Below, one piece after another: positions 12,249 through 24,348 of a stretch of 64,000 bases of DNA (its first letter is position 1; each line of letters begins with the position of its first letter). The notes beneath the pieces were generated by a model. The model made no database searches. It saw nothing but the letters and a program-made list of their open reading frames with translations, and was not told the DNA's origin. The DNA is taken from contig OX597814.1 in the NCBI GenBank assembly GCA_951406725.2, forward strand, positions 116,498,001 through 116,562,000. The letters are read 5' to 3'. This DNA comes from Octopus vulgaris (taxonomy: Eukaryota). Both the position numbers and the translations under genes were made by a program.

Positions 12249-13055
12249 GAGCAACACGCCCCCGTCCAATGGACGGTGCTGAGTTGTCAAATATTTAAAT
12301 CGAATTTTCTCAAAACAACTTGTCCCATAGGACTCCCCTTTGAGAAACACCGATTTAACCTAAATTTGAGACATTAGCAAAAGAAGAAATAAAGATAGAG
12401 TCTTTTCTATTCTAAAGAAAAACGATTTTATTCACACAAATATGCAACCGAAGAGTTTAAAGTACCAGTAATGATAAGGCTGTTGACTGGGAAAAAACAA
12501 ACATGGTTTAAACAGTAAGCTTGGCAGGAAAGAAAACGTGCCTTTAAGCAGTACAAAAGCAGCAAAAAATGGAAGGTGCAGTTATGTACAGGTTGACGGA
12601 AGAAAAGCAGGACAAAAACGATGCATGCAAATAGGTTAGCTGGAGGTAGAACTAGTTGGAAAAGCATGATGAATTTATGAGAGCGTACCTGGGACAATAT
12701 TTAGGTTATCCGATAAAACATGTAGGAAATCAACTTGGGGCGATTTTTTTTGAAGAGCAACAACCTAGGGAACTAAGTAACTAGTTTTAAGCTAACTTAC
12801 TTTACGGGATGTTGAAGGGCATGGAAATGTTAGTGGATCGCAGCCTTGTAAACCACATTCCTGAAGTACTTACGCGTACAAATGCACGTTCCCACGGCTT
12901 TATCAATCGCATTCTCGCCTTGAATCGATTTTTGTAATTTTTACAAGACTTATACACACCTTGATACCGTCGGTATCTACATATCAAATTTGAGCGCAAT
13001 CCGATGGAGGATGCCCGATATCCTAGAAGACACACACAGAGACAGGACGGATTAT
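12248..13055 (-). mobile_element. Non-autonomous Helitron
   Basis: Perfect subterminal hairpin ccgtcc-aat-ggacgg (~12262-12276) about 14 nt from a CTCG|T end. The 5' part (tataatccgtcctgtctctgtgtg...atcggattgcgctcaaatttgatatg) has Helitron-N style; embedded in (TA)n. Confidence 0.65.
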
Positions 13056-13152
13056 ATATATATATATATATAAATTACGGAGATGTATTTGCATAGCAAG
13101 TGACCTGATCTGATATCGTGTGCTGGAACGAAAACATTTGCAGCACGGAAGA

Positions 13153-13388
13153 TGTTTATAGCCATTTAAAACCGTTAGATTCATTTCAACATTTAAATTT
13201 AATTTGCCAAAATAATTTCGGCTCTTTGAGACCGCGACATGTTCACTGGCAAAATTCTGACATGCAGCACGGAATTTCGTCAGTGAACAGGTCGTGGTCC
13301 CAAAGCGACGAAAATATTTTGGCAAATTAAATTTAAATGTTGAGTGAATCTAACGGTTTTTGTGTGTTTCTTAAATGGCTTATAAACA
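13153..13388. mobile_element. Fold-back repeat, probably PLE-pLTR derived
   Basis: Arms ~13153-13260 / ~13270-13388 (atttaaatttaatttgccaaaata vs tattttggcaaattaaatttaaat); gtcg..gcgac-GAAA stem motif. Confidence 0.6.
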
Positions 13389-13949
13389 CCATCCACGCTA
13401 GTGTAATTAGGCTATGCCATTTGTAGATATAACGGTATATGTATATGATATATCATGTAAAGAAAGGAAGGGTGTTGTGCGGTTAGTGAACGTAACTGTA
13501 CTATTCATTCTGAAGAGAGAGGATCATCCCAGGCAAAAGATGAGCTATTCTTCCATATGTTGGAGAGAATCGGGTGAGCTATGGTGTAAAAAGACAACAA
13601 ATGTTGGTGGATGGTAAAGGCTGTGGGTGAGTAAGCTAAAACGGACGACGCAGTATTATTTTAGCGAATGTCTCTTAAGTTTTCCGCAAAAATAGCATCA
13701 AATGTGCGGCCCATTTCTCCAATGTGTTGCGATCCATACAGAAAACACGTGAAATATATTATGTTTTTCTTCTTTGTGTGTGATACAAGGCAAATCGTCA
13801 CTGATGTTGATGGAGATGCTCTTTGTGTATTAGAAGGAGTCGGGAAGCTACGAAATCGAAGACCACACATATACACACACAGATACCCACCCTGCACGAC
13901 CGCATATGTCTCCCTTTCTCTCTCTCTCACTCTTTCATATATATATACA

Positions 13950-14145
13950 CTTTACCCTTTTACTTGTTTCAGTCATTTGACTGCAACCATGCTGGAGTAC
14001 CGACTTTAGTCGAGCAAATGGAACCCAGGACTTACTCTTTGTAAGCCTAGTACTTATTCTATCGGTCTGTTTTGCCGAACCGCTAAGTGACGGGGACATA
14101 AACATACCAGCAATGCTAGGGGGACAAACACAGACACACAAACAT

Positions 14146-14182
<37 letters not shown>

Positions 14183-14351
14183 CATATATGCGACGGGCTT
14201 CTTTCAGTTTCCGTCTACCAAATCCACTCACAAGGTTTGGGTCGGCCCGAGGCTACAGTAGAAGATACTTGCCCAAAGTGCCACGCAGTGGGACTGACCC
14301 CGGAACCATGTGGATGATAAGCAAGCTACTTTCGACACAGACATTCCTACG

Positions 14352-14353
<2 letters not shown>
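13950..14353 (-). mobile_element. tRNA-derived SINE family A
   Basis: The minus strand has an A/B-box-like head (ggttccggggtcagtcccactgcgtggcactttgggcaag), an internal (CA)n and a taaaag-type tail. Same family at 15457, 17505, 18460, 41783, 42517 and 59500. Confidence 0.8.
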
Positions 14354-14391
<38 letters not shown>

Positions 14392-14493
14392 GCCTGCTCA
14401 CTTAGCCAGCGGGGTGGCGTCATTCGAAACAATGCGAACGCATTGTGACCAGCGATGTGTAACTACGTCTGACGGTCTGGTCGGTCACATGAT

Positions 14494-14542
<49 letters not shown>

Positions 14543-14769
14543 CACACACACACTGCTTCTTTTACTATGCAGGTCAATCATTCATCAGTAAAAGCAAGGC
14601 CCCTTGTCCGATTTTCTTACGTATTTTACAGGATATGTAGGATTATGTATCCCATGTCTCATGTACTTTTTGTCTGAATCAGTACAAAACATTTAAAGCA
14701 AAAATGAAGTAAAACACGTTTGTAGGGTGTTTCTTTTTATTATGCAGGTTAACAAGATACTGCTTTCCG

Positions 14770-14968
14770 CCAGGTTAGCATGCCGGACGAAATGCTTAGC
14801 GATATATCATCTGTCTTTACGTTCTGAGTTCAAATTTTGCCGAGATCGAATTTGTCTTTCATCCTTTCGGGGTCGATAAATTAAGTAACAGTTGCGTACT
14901 GGCGTCGATCTAATCGACTGACCCCCCTCCCACCAAATTTGGAGCCTTGTACCTAGAGTAGAAAAGAA
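14770..14968 (+). mobile_element. SINE family B
   Basis: gttagcatgccggacgaaatgcttagc...gttctgagttcaaat...ctttcatcctttcggggtcgataaattaagta; many copies in the window. Confidence 0.75.
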
Positions 14969-15456
14969 TACAATCTTAACAACGTTATTTATTATATTTA
15001 ATACGTTGAGAAATTCGAGCAGACGCTAATGACTTTTTCCTTTGCGTTATTAAGTGAAGTAATGTGTAGAGTAAATCTAGTCTTAAGTATTTGCAGTGAC
15101 ACTGATATACGAAAAAAAGGGACGTAAGGTTTAGTGAAGGAAAAGGTTTGAGAGATGTGTTCAGAGGAATTAGGTGTAGGTGCGGCGAGGTATATAGTGA
15201 AGTGAAAGATTGTTATGAACAGCAGACCTGCAATAAAGTATTTGATTCGTAAGGCATTTTCCTCGCAGAGGCAAGCTTGTATAGTATTGAAAATCGAGAT
15301 ATTTTTGATATTTTCAGCAGGATTTGTGTATGGTTGGAATCGGCAATGAACAAAAGATTATCATCGCCAGAATATCAGAATGTATATTGTTATTATTAAT
15401 TAGCTTGTTTTAACTGTTGAGTTGTTTTATTGTAACAGTTGGAAGCATTTTTTTAT

Positions 15457-15838
15457 GTGACTGTGTGATAAGGAGCTTGCTTCAAAACCACATGGTTCCA
15501 GGTTCAGTCCTACTCCGTGGTACCTTGTCAAGTGTCTTCTACTATGGCCTCGGGCAGACCAAAGGCTTGTGAGTGGATTTGGTAGACGGAACCTGAAAGA
15601 AGTCCGTCGTATATGTATATGTTTATTTGTGTGTGTCTGTGTTTGTCTCCCACTATCGCTTGACAACCGATGTTGATGTGTTTACATCCCCGTAACTTAG
15701 CGTTTCAGCAAAAGAGACTGAAAGAATAAGTACTAGGCTTACAAAGAGTAAGTCCTGGGATCGATTTCTTCGTGTAAAGGTTGTGCTCCAAGATGGCCGC
15801 AGTCAAATGACTGAAACATGTAAAGAATAAAAGAATAA
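15457..15838 (+). mobile_element. SINE family A
   Basis: ctgtgtgataaggagcttgcttcaaaaccacatggttccaggttcagtcc...agtcaaatgactgaaaca, ending in (taaaagaa)n. Confidence 0.8.
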
Positions 15839-16504
15839 ATAATTATTGTATGGTGGATTGTACCAAATTATATTGACGCAATCAAGCACATTCACGGATG
15901 CCGCATCACAACCAGTATGGCTGTGATCGAAATAAACTGACATTTCTTGACTGTTTACTTCAGGTGTGGCACATTTATGCCCCGAATGTACAACAGTTAT
16001 TAAATGGATTTATTTCCCGCATTATAAGAATGCTTCTGTCTTTACTATTTTTAATGTTTTTCTCCTTTATCCATACATCCCATACACACACACACACACA
16101 CTCAACACCACACGCGCACACCCACACGTTCACCCTCCCAGTCACATATACGCGGCTCACGTTTCGTTGTTAATCCTTGAGGTTAACCAAGATGAGTGAT
16201 GAAAAACAAAATCTGTGACGATGGAAATGTGGGTAAAAATATTTTATTCAGGTATAGTAGGAAATAACTTGCAAATGTTTGACGTGATAAGGTATGGATA
16301 ATGATTTCATGTCGACTGGAAGAGATTATGGTGTGAAATTTATAACAAAAGCGTTGCGTCAAAAGGTTTCCATCGCACACTTTTACAACACACTTCGATA
16401 AAGTGAAAGTTAGTCTCCCAGTTTCCGCAATGACATCCGAGGTAATTATAAATGTATCTGCATTACTTAAATGTAAAGTGGTAATACTAAAAGGGATAGA
16501 AAGA

Positions 16505-16508
<4 letters not shown>

Positions 16509-16583
<75 letters not shown>
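16509..16583. repeat. (GA)n microsatellite
   Basis: Long perfect GA dinucleotide tract. Confidence 0.95.
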
Positions 16584-16587
<4 letters not shown>

Positions 16588-17692
16588 GGATGGATAGAGA
16601 AAAGAGAGATAAGTGTCAGAAACAGATTGGTTGTGTGAGAAAGTGACAAAGAGAAAATATGTGAAGCAATATAAGAACAGAAATCGCGAATGCATTTGGA
16701 TGAGTTTCAATCGAATTTATACATGGAATTACATTGTTACATTGTTTCCGTTATTATGAATTTAAACTATTTGAGGCATACTTAAATTGAACCAATGTTT
16801 CTTCAATTTGTAATGAGAGGTCGTCACAAGGAGGGTCTCTGATAAACTTTTGCATAGTAAGTCAAGGACTGAAGTGATATGAAAAATGACTTATAGTAAG
16901 TAAATCCCTTAATTTCAATTGCCATTTCTAGAATCAAACATGAAATTTGAAAAATACTCGCCCAAATCTGAAGAACTTCGTTGATGTTAAACACCTCGGA
17001 GACTTGTGTTATTATTGCAAATATAATGCACGTACACTTTTGAGACAATCCATACTGCATAATTGCAATTGTTTCTTGATATTCTTGTCGAAAATCTAAT
17101 ACCATTTTACCATATAAACTAACAGTAAGAACGATTGACTGAAGAACAGCCAAAAAGCGAAATGCCTGGAAGCGATTGCACGGTATTATCAGCAAAATAC
17201 AGCAAACAAATGAGTTAATATTTAAAATAGCATTCTAAAGGTGGATACAGAAGAATGAAAATCTAACACGTGATTTATTGTCATTGTATAGAGATAACTG
17301 ATATTTCTGTCTGAAAATACTTTCATATTTCCAATAAACAATTTCGTTTATTTTACCGTAGGAAGTCGAACTCCAATTAAAATTAGCCTCGGGGGAATAT
17401 CTTTAAGTTAACTATTTCGAAAGAATGCGACCTATTCAAACTGAACGCCGTATCTTTAGATAGGTGAAAATGGTAACACTTGTAACTTTATTTGTATTTT
17501 CGATATGTCTCTTGTGGTAAGAAGCTTGCTTTCCAACTACATTGTTTCGCGTTCAGTTCCACTGCGGGACAGCTTGGGTACGTGTCTTCTACTGTAACTC
17601 CGAGTCGACCGAAAACTTGTGAGTGGATTTGGTAGATAGGAGGTGAAAGAAGACAGCTGTGTACATATGTATGTAAACACACACACACACAC

Positions 17693-17724
<32 letters not shown>

Positions 17725-17728
<4 letters not shown>

Positions 17729-18265
17729 TGAATAAATAGAGTCAACAGGAAGGAGGACTTTTAGACATATATTTAATAAAGACTACACATGTTTAGATAC
17801 AATATAGATACACAGGATATAAATTAAGCAAATGTTTACCTGTATAATGGGATCCAGTTGTATCTCCTCAGGTGATCTATAACCACTGTCCCTGTAAGTA
17901 AATCTTTGACTTTGGTGCTAACATATCCCACTGGCGTCTATGAGATTCAAAAGAGCCAGTTGGATGTTAGCACCAGAGTCAAAGATATACTTACGGGGAC
18001 AACGATTATAAATCACCAGAGGAAATACAACTGGATCCCATTATACAGGTAAACCTTTGCTTAATTTATATCCTGTGTATATTTGGATCTCGGATGTATC
18101 GAAATATGTGTAGTGTTTATGAGATAAATGTCCAAACGTAGTTTCCTGTTGACTCTATTCAATTTTCATTTTTCACACACGATGAATGTCTAAGCCTACA
18201 TTCCAATACTATCGGCTATTTGGTAATTCTAAGGGTGAACGAGCTCTATTTTGTACTCTTAAAAA
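17725..18265. mobile_element. Long fold-back PLE-pLTR-like element with long-stem-II hammerhead relics
   Basis: Arms ~17725-17940 / ~17950-18164 plus a one-sided tail. Minus-arm CTGAGGA at 17865-17871; plus-arm GAAA at 18101-18104 followed by tatgt-GTA-gtg. Confidence 0.7.
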
Positions 18266-18309
18266 TTATACACACACACACACATACATATATATAGTTG
18301 AAATTTACT

Positions 18310-18450
18310 GAAAAACGGGTGTAAGCAACAAGCAGGTGTCTTAGTTTGACGCTCGGGAAGGTGAGAATGTCTTTTACGTTTCCAGCCTACGTTCTTCAAC
18401 AGAAAGGAACACGAGGAAATAAACCAAAGAGAGTAAAAAATAAAAAATAA
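18310..18450 (-). repeat. PLE terminal repeat related to 4100-4260
   Basis: gacgctcgggaag...tacgtttccagcctacgttcttcaacagaaaggaa matches 4147-4210. Confidence 0.6.
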
Positions 18451-18879
18451 AAAACTTTTGGAGCTACAAGTTTGTATGTGCTTGGTTTTGTCTGTTCTGA
18501 CGCTTGTCAACCGATGTTGGTTTGTTTATATGCCTGTATGTAACTTAGCAGTTCGGTGCAGGAGAGCAATTGCCTTAAAAACGAAATTAATATTGAGATC
18601 GATTTCTTCGATTAATATTTTCAAAACAGTGCCCCAGCATGGCCGCAGTTCATTGACTAAAACAAGTAAAAGAGAAAAGATAAACCAGGTTAAACCACAT
18701 TTCAATGTGATTTAGCTAATATATACATAGAGGGAGGTGTGTATAAAATGGTATACATATCCATGTGGTTGTGCATGTATGTATATATGAGTGTCCGGCT
18801 GTGCGGGTATGTACTTATTGGTAGATGTCTAATATTGGCCTCAAAGTTCTAGCACATGTTCGAGTAAGTTCGAGCTAGG

Positions 18880-19530
18880 GAATAAATCGATTACATAAAC
18901 TCCAGTGCTAAACTAGCAGCAATCGTTTCCAATTCGAAAGGTTGAAAGGCAAAAATCAACCTCAGAGGAATTTAAATCCAGAACAGAAAGCGGGACGAAA
19001 TATCACTAAGCATTTTACATGGCATGCCACTGATGCTTTCAGCTCGCTGTGGTAGTTATTTTATGAACTCCAAAATGGATGAAATGCAAATTCGACCTCG
19101 GCAGAATTTGAACTCAGAACGTAAATACGGACGAAATGCCGCTAAGTATTTTGTCGGCTATGCTAACGATCTTGTCACTTCGCCGCCTTGGTTGATGTTT
19201 AATATTGATTTTCTCGAGGTCTACTTTGCCTTTCATTCTTTCTGGATCAATAGATTAAGTACCAGTTGCGTACTGAGTCTCCTCCCCCCAAATTTCGGGC
19301 CTTGTGCCTAGAGTAGAAAATAATATTGATTTTCAATATGGGCAGGAGGCCAGCGATTTGTGTGAAGGATTGCATCCAGTCCAGTGCACAACTGATATTT
19401 TTTTAATCCACCCTGAGAGAATGAAAGGCAAAGCCGACAACGGTGGAAGATGAACTCAGAACGTAAGAATGGATGAAATACTATTAAACATTTTACCCGG
19501 CATGCTAACTATCTTGCCAGCTCGCCACCC
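18880..19530. mobile_element. Cluster of decayed SINE family B copies in both orientations
   Basis: Repeated gaaaggcaaa...cggcagaatttgaactcagaacgtaa...gacgaaat motifs at ~18940, 19080 and 19420 (minus) and 19215-19320 (plus). Confidence 0.65.
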
Positions 19531-20333
19531 AGGTAGATGTCTATAATTGACAAGTCACTGCCACAACAATAGCAACGGACATCACTTCTCTGTTCACTGT
19601 GACAAAATATTGTAAAATAAATTATATTTAATCTAACTTTTGCATCGTTTATTTTATCAGTTTAATTCATATTTCTTGTCATTATTTCAGTTGATGTTTA
19701 AAAATTACTTTTGAAATCTAAAGTTAATGAGATAAGAAAATACAGTCGAGAATTATAAATGCCAAGTTTTGAAACATTTAGTTTTCGACATATTTCAAGC
19801 ATTTATAAAAAACCAAAAATAAAAATAAAAAGAGTATTTTAAGTGAACAAAACTAAAATCAATAATTACATGTGAAATACTTGCCCAGCGCCTAATTTTC
19901 ACTTATACATTCAACATGATTAATTTTTTAAAAAGTTTTCAAGCAGTTATAAAGCTTAAGCTGTCCAAGTTACATGCCATATACAATGGCAAATTCTTTT
20001 AAACTTCTTGCGTGTATATGAAGTTTGTATCAATAATGGAAGTCTATATTTGGAATATTTTCAAATCACTTGGTGAATTTTACATAATTGCATAAATGCG
20101 TGTGACTGCCGATTGAATTTTGCAAATGCAAATGCATACGTACATGTACATACATACAAGCATACAAAACAAACAAAAGAAAACCAAACGTACATACATA
20201 CATGCACACACACACACACACACGCACGTCACACACATATATATACTTACAGGTATTTGAACAGATACATATAAATATACATACACATATTCCTTTGCAG
20301 GCATGTATATAAAGGTATGTACAGATATATATA

Positions 20334-20341
20334 TGTGTGTG

Positions 20342-20412
<71 letters not shown>

Positions 20413-20422
20413 GTGTGTGTGT
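20334..20422. repeat. (TG)n microsatellite
   Basis: Long TG tract. Confidence 0.95.
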
Positions 20423-20559
20423 GAATAAATAAATAATTATATTGTGAAAATTATGTGTACAAATAAATGTAAGACTGCTACTCTTGTGTTTTGAGATTTA
20501 TGTTGCCATGCCATCGTCATGTATCATACGCCCGCAGCGCATTGATGACACTTCAAAAC

Positions 20560-21300
20560 TTTCCTTCCTATTAAGAATTAGTTCTCCAGCTGCCTTGTCA
20601 TTCCTGTGCAACCAGCTCTTTTCATGATGTCCATTGCCTGCTTCTTGATCCACTACTCTCTACTCTTCATCACATGATCATATTTTCCATCGTTTTCACA
20701 ATGTTCAGGAGAGTTGTCTTCCCATTCTTGTTCTAACACCAATTCATTTCCTCTATGATCCTTGTACGATACTCGTAACATTCTCCTCAACACTCGCATT
20801 TTTAATGCATTGATTGTATTCTCTTCAAATTTGTGCAGAATCCAACCGCAAATGCTTATTGGCTAAATAAGCGCTTACACTACCCTAACTTCTGACTTAA
20901 AGACACTTCCACTACTCCAGATGTTTTTGACTTTTTAGCTTAACATTCTTGCCATGGCTAGCCGTGTCGTGATTTGCTTCTTACGTTTGGTTTCATCAGA
21001 TTGGTGCACAGCAGTATATGTACCCATATACAAGGGGGAAGACCTGCTCATGTTTGAGAATTATCAAACTGTCGCTGTGATACGACATGCAAGTAACATA
21101 CTAGAGCATTTGAAACCATTCCCCGAACAAGAAATAGCTAAAGAACTAGCTGGCTTTAGAAGTGGGTGTGACACAAGAGATCATTTTATGTTACGTAAGA
21201 GCATACAAACTTACAAATCACCTTTACCACATCGATTATTATGCAAACTATGGCTACATGTGATGACGCATCGCGGCTAATATCGCATTCTGAAGCTGCT
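20560..21300. mobile_element. RTE LINE fragments in opposite orientations
   Basis: Plus ORF 20954-21280 DWCTAVYVPIYKGEDLLMFENYQTVAVIRHASNI...ELAGFRSGCDTRDH matches the RT N-terminus. The minus strand 20560-20970 resembles the downstream RT/C-terminal part (IT.RLAMAR). Confidence 0.6.
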
Positions 21301-21725
21301 CATTAAGTCTCATCGGGCAGCTTTACATTCAGCTAAAGTCCTGAATTCGAGTAAATAATGAGAACACATATATATTGTCCAGAATCACGCCGGATGCGGA
21401 GGAGGAAAGGAAATAATAATTCAGTGAAGGAGAAGTAGTGACGGTAATAAACCTGACAGAGAGGAAGTGAGAGAAAGTAATAGCAATGAGAAAAAGGAAG
21501 GGTGATAGATGATTAAGGAAGGAAGAGGTGAAAAAATCAGCGTTTCACCTCTGTGTGAGTATATGTGTGTATGTGTGTGCGTGTACAAGGGAAGTATGTG
21601 AATGTATGTGTAATTATTATGTACCTTATATTGTACCATATTTATATATAAAATACTACAATTAGCCGTCATTATTATTAGACACCTGGTCAGCTAGTAA
21701 TTTATAAAATATCCGGTTAACATGT

Positions 21726-22026
21726 GGAGGCACATGGCCTAGTGGTTAGAGCAGCGGACTTACGGTCGAGGGATCGAGGGTTCGAATCTCAGACGGGGTG
21801 ATGCGTGTGTTTGTGAGCGAAACACCTAAGCTTCACGCGGCTCCGGCAGAAGGTAATGGCGAACTTCTGCTGACTCTTTCGCCACAACTTTCTCTCACTA
21901 TCTCCTCCAGTATCTTGCAGCTCACCTGCGACGGACCGGCGTACCGTCCAGGTAGGGAATCTATACGCCAAGGAAACCGGGAACCCAGCACTATGAGCCA
22001 GGTGTGGCTCGAGAAAGAACAAACAA
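21726..22026 (+). mobile_element. tRNA-derived SINE family C
   Basis: Head ggaggcacatggcctagtggttagagcagcggac...gggttcgaatc (A box TGGCCTAGTGG, B box GTTCGAATC); tail cctgcgacggaccggcgt...gaacaaacaa. Copies at 35014 and 42656. Confidence 0.85.
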
Positions 22027-22049
22027 CCGGTCAACATAACTGAGGAGTA

Positions 22050-23100
22050 TGCTTCTTTGCGGTGGTATTCTGTAATTGTGTGATTTAGTATTGTGCATTG
22101 GTAATGTATTGTAAGCGATCAACAAGTGTATGTGGATGAGCGTTAGGATTAGGGTTAGGATTATAGTTTGGTATTTGGCATAAGTCTTGAATGTCTTCTT
22201 CCAGCAGGTATAGGTCCATGGGCTAGATCCATGCTGCACAGAAATTACACGGCTGAAAACTAGCGTCATATGACAGGGCTTTGGTGAAGCTGTTCTATTA
22301 CAGCCCACTTGAAGTTCAGCATTCACAGAGTTGCTCGAAGGAATTGGGTATACACTTGAGTTTCTATAGTCAGGTTCTGTAAAAGGTGTTGCTGTTATTT
22401 AAGTCTGTTCTTAAACTAGTTAGTAGTAAGGCTGATGTAAGCGTTGTTGGGAGAGTGCGTCCTGACATAACATTTATATAGTTTTTCTCGTAGGATTGTG
22501 ATTATATATCTTAGGCAGTTGGTTCTATTCGATCTCTTGTTAGTGTCACTGCAGCATCTTCTATGTATGTTATGTGTAGCCATGTTAGAAGAGGCAATAT
22601 TATGCTAGAGTAGAGAAATGTTTAACTGCACTCTCATTAAATACCTTGTGGTAGCGATTCTGGTAGGGAAGTGCTATTGTAGAGCAGAAGAAGATTTCTT
22701 CTTTATTGTCCCCATTAGAAAATGGTACTGGATAAATTTCACTTGACATGTGGGTGAGTGGGTGGGCAGTGTGATGTGACTATTAAGAAATTATAATAAG
22801 ATACAAGATAGTTTATGAGAAATGAATATGAAACGAATTTATGAGTGCAGAAATTTGTTTTCTGTATGATTTGGTTTGATCAAAAACCAAAATAATGATT
22901 AAGCTTTGTGTATATAAAAAAAAATATTAGGGTTGGTGAGTTTTCTGGAGACAGAAGGTGGGTAACGCCGTCAAATAAATTACCGTTTGAGGTGATATGT
23001 ATTCGGTTGTTTTCGAAGAGAATTATTTAATAGGCTGTTCTATGTTTTGTTCTATCGTCTGGTATTATTTATGTGTTTAGTATATCCATTATTTCATTGA
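22050..23100 (-). mobile_element. Highly degraded Penelope-like element (RT-EN linker and GIY-YIG)
   Basis: Minus-strand remnants HFP..RYHKVFNESAVK, YKCYVRTHSPNNAYISLTTN*FKNRL and W-AVIE, resembling the PLE linker and endonuclease. Confidence 0.5.
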
Positions 23101-23624
23101 TGAAGCTGTCTGTCGTAAAAGATAGCGACACACGCCAATATAAGTCATACGTGAAAGTAAGGTGGCGAATGTCTACAATTGCTAATGTCAAACTTGGAAA
23201 CTTTATAGGAACTCATACAAACGTATACAATATGTTGATAAAAATAAAGATCCATCAGTGTATTCCAAGTAACTTGATATAACACACACACGCATACGTA
23301 CACATATTGAACATTAACATTTACAGACAGAGCTGTAAATATGTGATCTACATAAACTTATCGTTAAATTAACCCTGTCCATGTGCTAAATAAATATTCC
23401 CATAAGGTTTGGCTCATAGAAAGCAATACCAATCGTATGTGTCACTGTGGCTTCATAGCTATAGTTGCTGGAAAATAGCTGTCTAAAACATGAAACTCAC
23501 TTATGCTTCTATATAAAAACAACCATACCAAGGAGGAGGGATAAAAAAAAAACTAATATATTTTCATCCAGAAAATATATATTTACGCTTATTTTCGTTT
23601 CTACCAACTTTCTACAAATATTTA

Positions 23625-23822
23625 CCTCCTCCCCTTCCTTCTCCTCCCCTTCCTCCTCCTCCTCTTCCTCCTCTATCCTACTCTTCTACCCCCTCTTCCT
23701 CCTCTTCCTCTACCTCTTCTTCCTCTATCCTCCTCCTCGTCTCATCCGCCTCTTCCTCCTCTACCTCCTCTACCTCTACCTCCTCCTGCCCTCCTCTCCT
23801 CCTCCCATTCCCCTCCTCCTCG
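23625..23822. repeat. (CCT)n-rich low-complexity tract
   Basis: Polypyrimidine cct/ctt repeats. Confidence 0.9.
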
Positions 23823-24126
23823 GAGGCGTATGTATGCACGTATGTATGTATTAGAATTTCAATACAAGAAAACAAAATTGACAGGCTTCAATCCAAATCG
23901 CTACAATTATTTCGGTGCTTTAGTATGACCTCAGTGTTTCACGTATATACATTATTTCATTGATGTGCTGCGACAATAGTTGTGTAAATGCACGTCATCA
24001 GGTGAGTAGGTTCGATTGTGTGTGTATTCTGATGAATATATATAAATATAACAACAAAAGAATGAATGAGATCTCAATATTATGTAAAATAGAGGAAATT
24101 ATAAATATGATATCTGACAGTTGGTT

Positions 24127-24197
24127 GTCATAATAAAACTCAGAGTTTCGGATACCGGAGCTGAAGTCTGCTCCGGCATCTCATCAGTTATTAAGAC
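24127..24197 (-). ncRNA. Type I hammerhead ribozyme motif (minus strand)
   Basis: gucuuaauaa CUGAUGA gaugccggagc-agacuuca-gcuccgguauc c GAAA cuc-u-gag UU uuauuaugac: stem I 9/10 bp, stem II 11 bp, short stem III with a 1-nt loop, GUU triplet. Confidence 0.75.
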
Positions 24198-24207
24198 AAA
24201 ACAGTTT

Positions 24208-24278
24208 GTCTTAATAACTGATGAGATGCCGGAGCAAACATCAGCCACGGTATCCGAAACTCTGAGTTTTATTATGAC
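24208..24278 (+). ncRNA. Type I hammerhead ribozyme motif (plus strand)
   Basis: CUGAUGA 24218-24224, GAAA 24256-24259, GUU 24266-24268; stem I gtcttaataa/ttattatgac; stem II gatgccg/cggtatc. Confidence 0.75.
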
Positions 24279-24307
24279 AACCAACTAATTGTCACATATT
24301 ATACACA

Positions 24308-24348
<41 letters not shown>

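Larger units (their letters stand above)
24050..24300. mobile_element. Fold-back element carrying two inverted hammerhead ribozymes
   Basis: Arms 24119-24200 / 24205-24286 around a 4-nt centre, with a one-sided extension 24050-24103 and microsatellite flanks. Confidence 0.85.

Noticed and set aside
15945-16080. Possible exon after the acceptor-like ttgactgtttacttcag
   Set aside because: No recognisable protein similarity and no clear donor site.
16780-17200. 123-aa ORF or possible hAT C-terminal relic
   Set aside because: No convincing motif in any frame.
21726-21800. tRNA genes (also 35014, 42656, 52064, 58477)
   Set aside because: A/B boxes are present but there is no complete cloverleaf, and each continues into a shared SINE body.
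23465-23875. Ser/Leu- or Glu-rich ORFs
   Set aside because: Products of a (CCT)n low-complexity tract.
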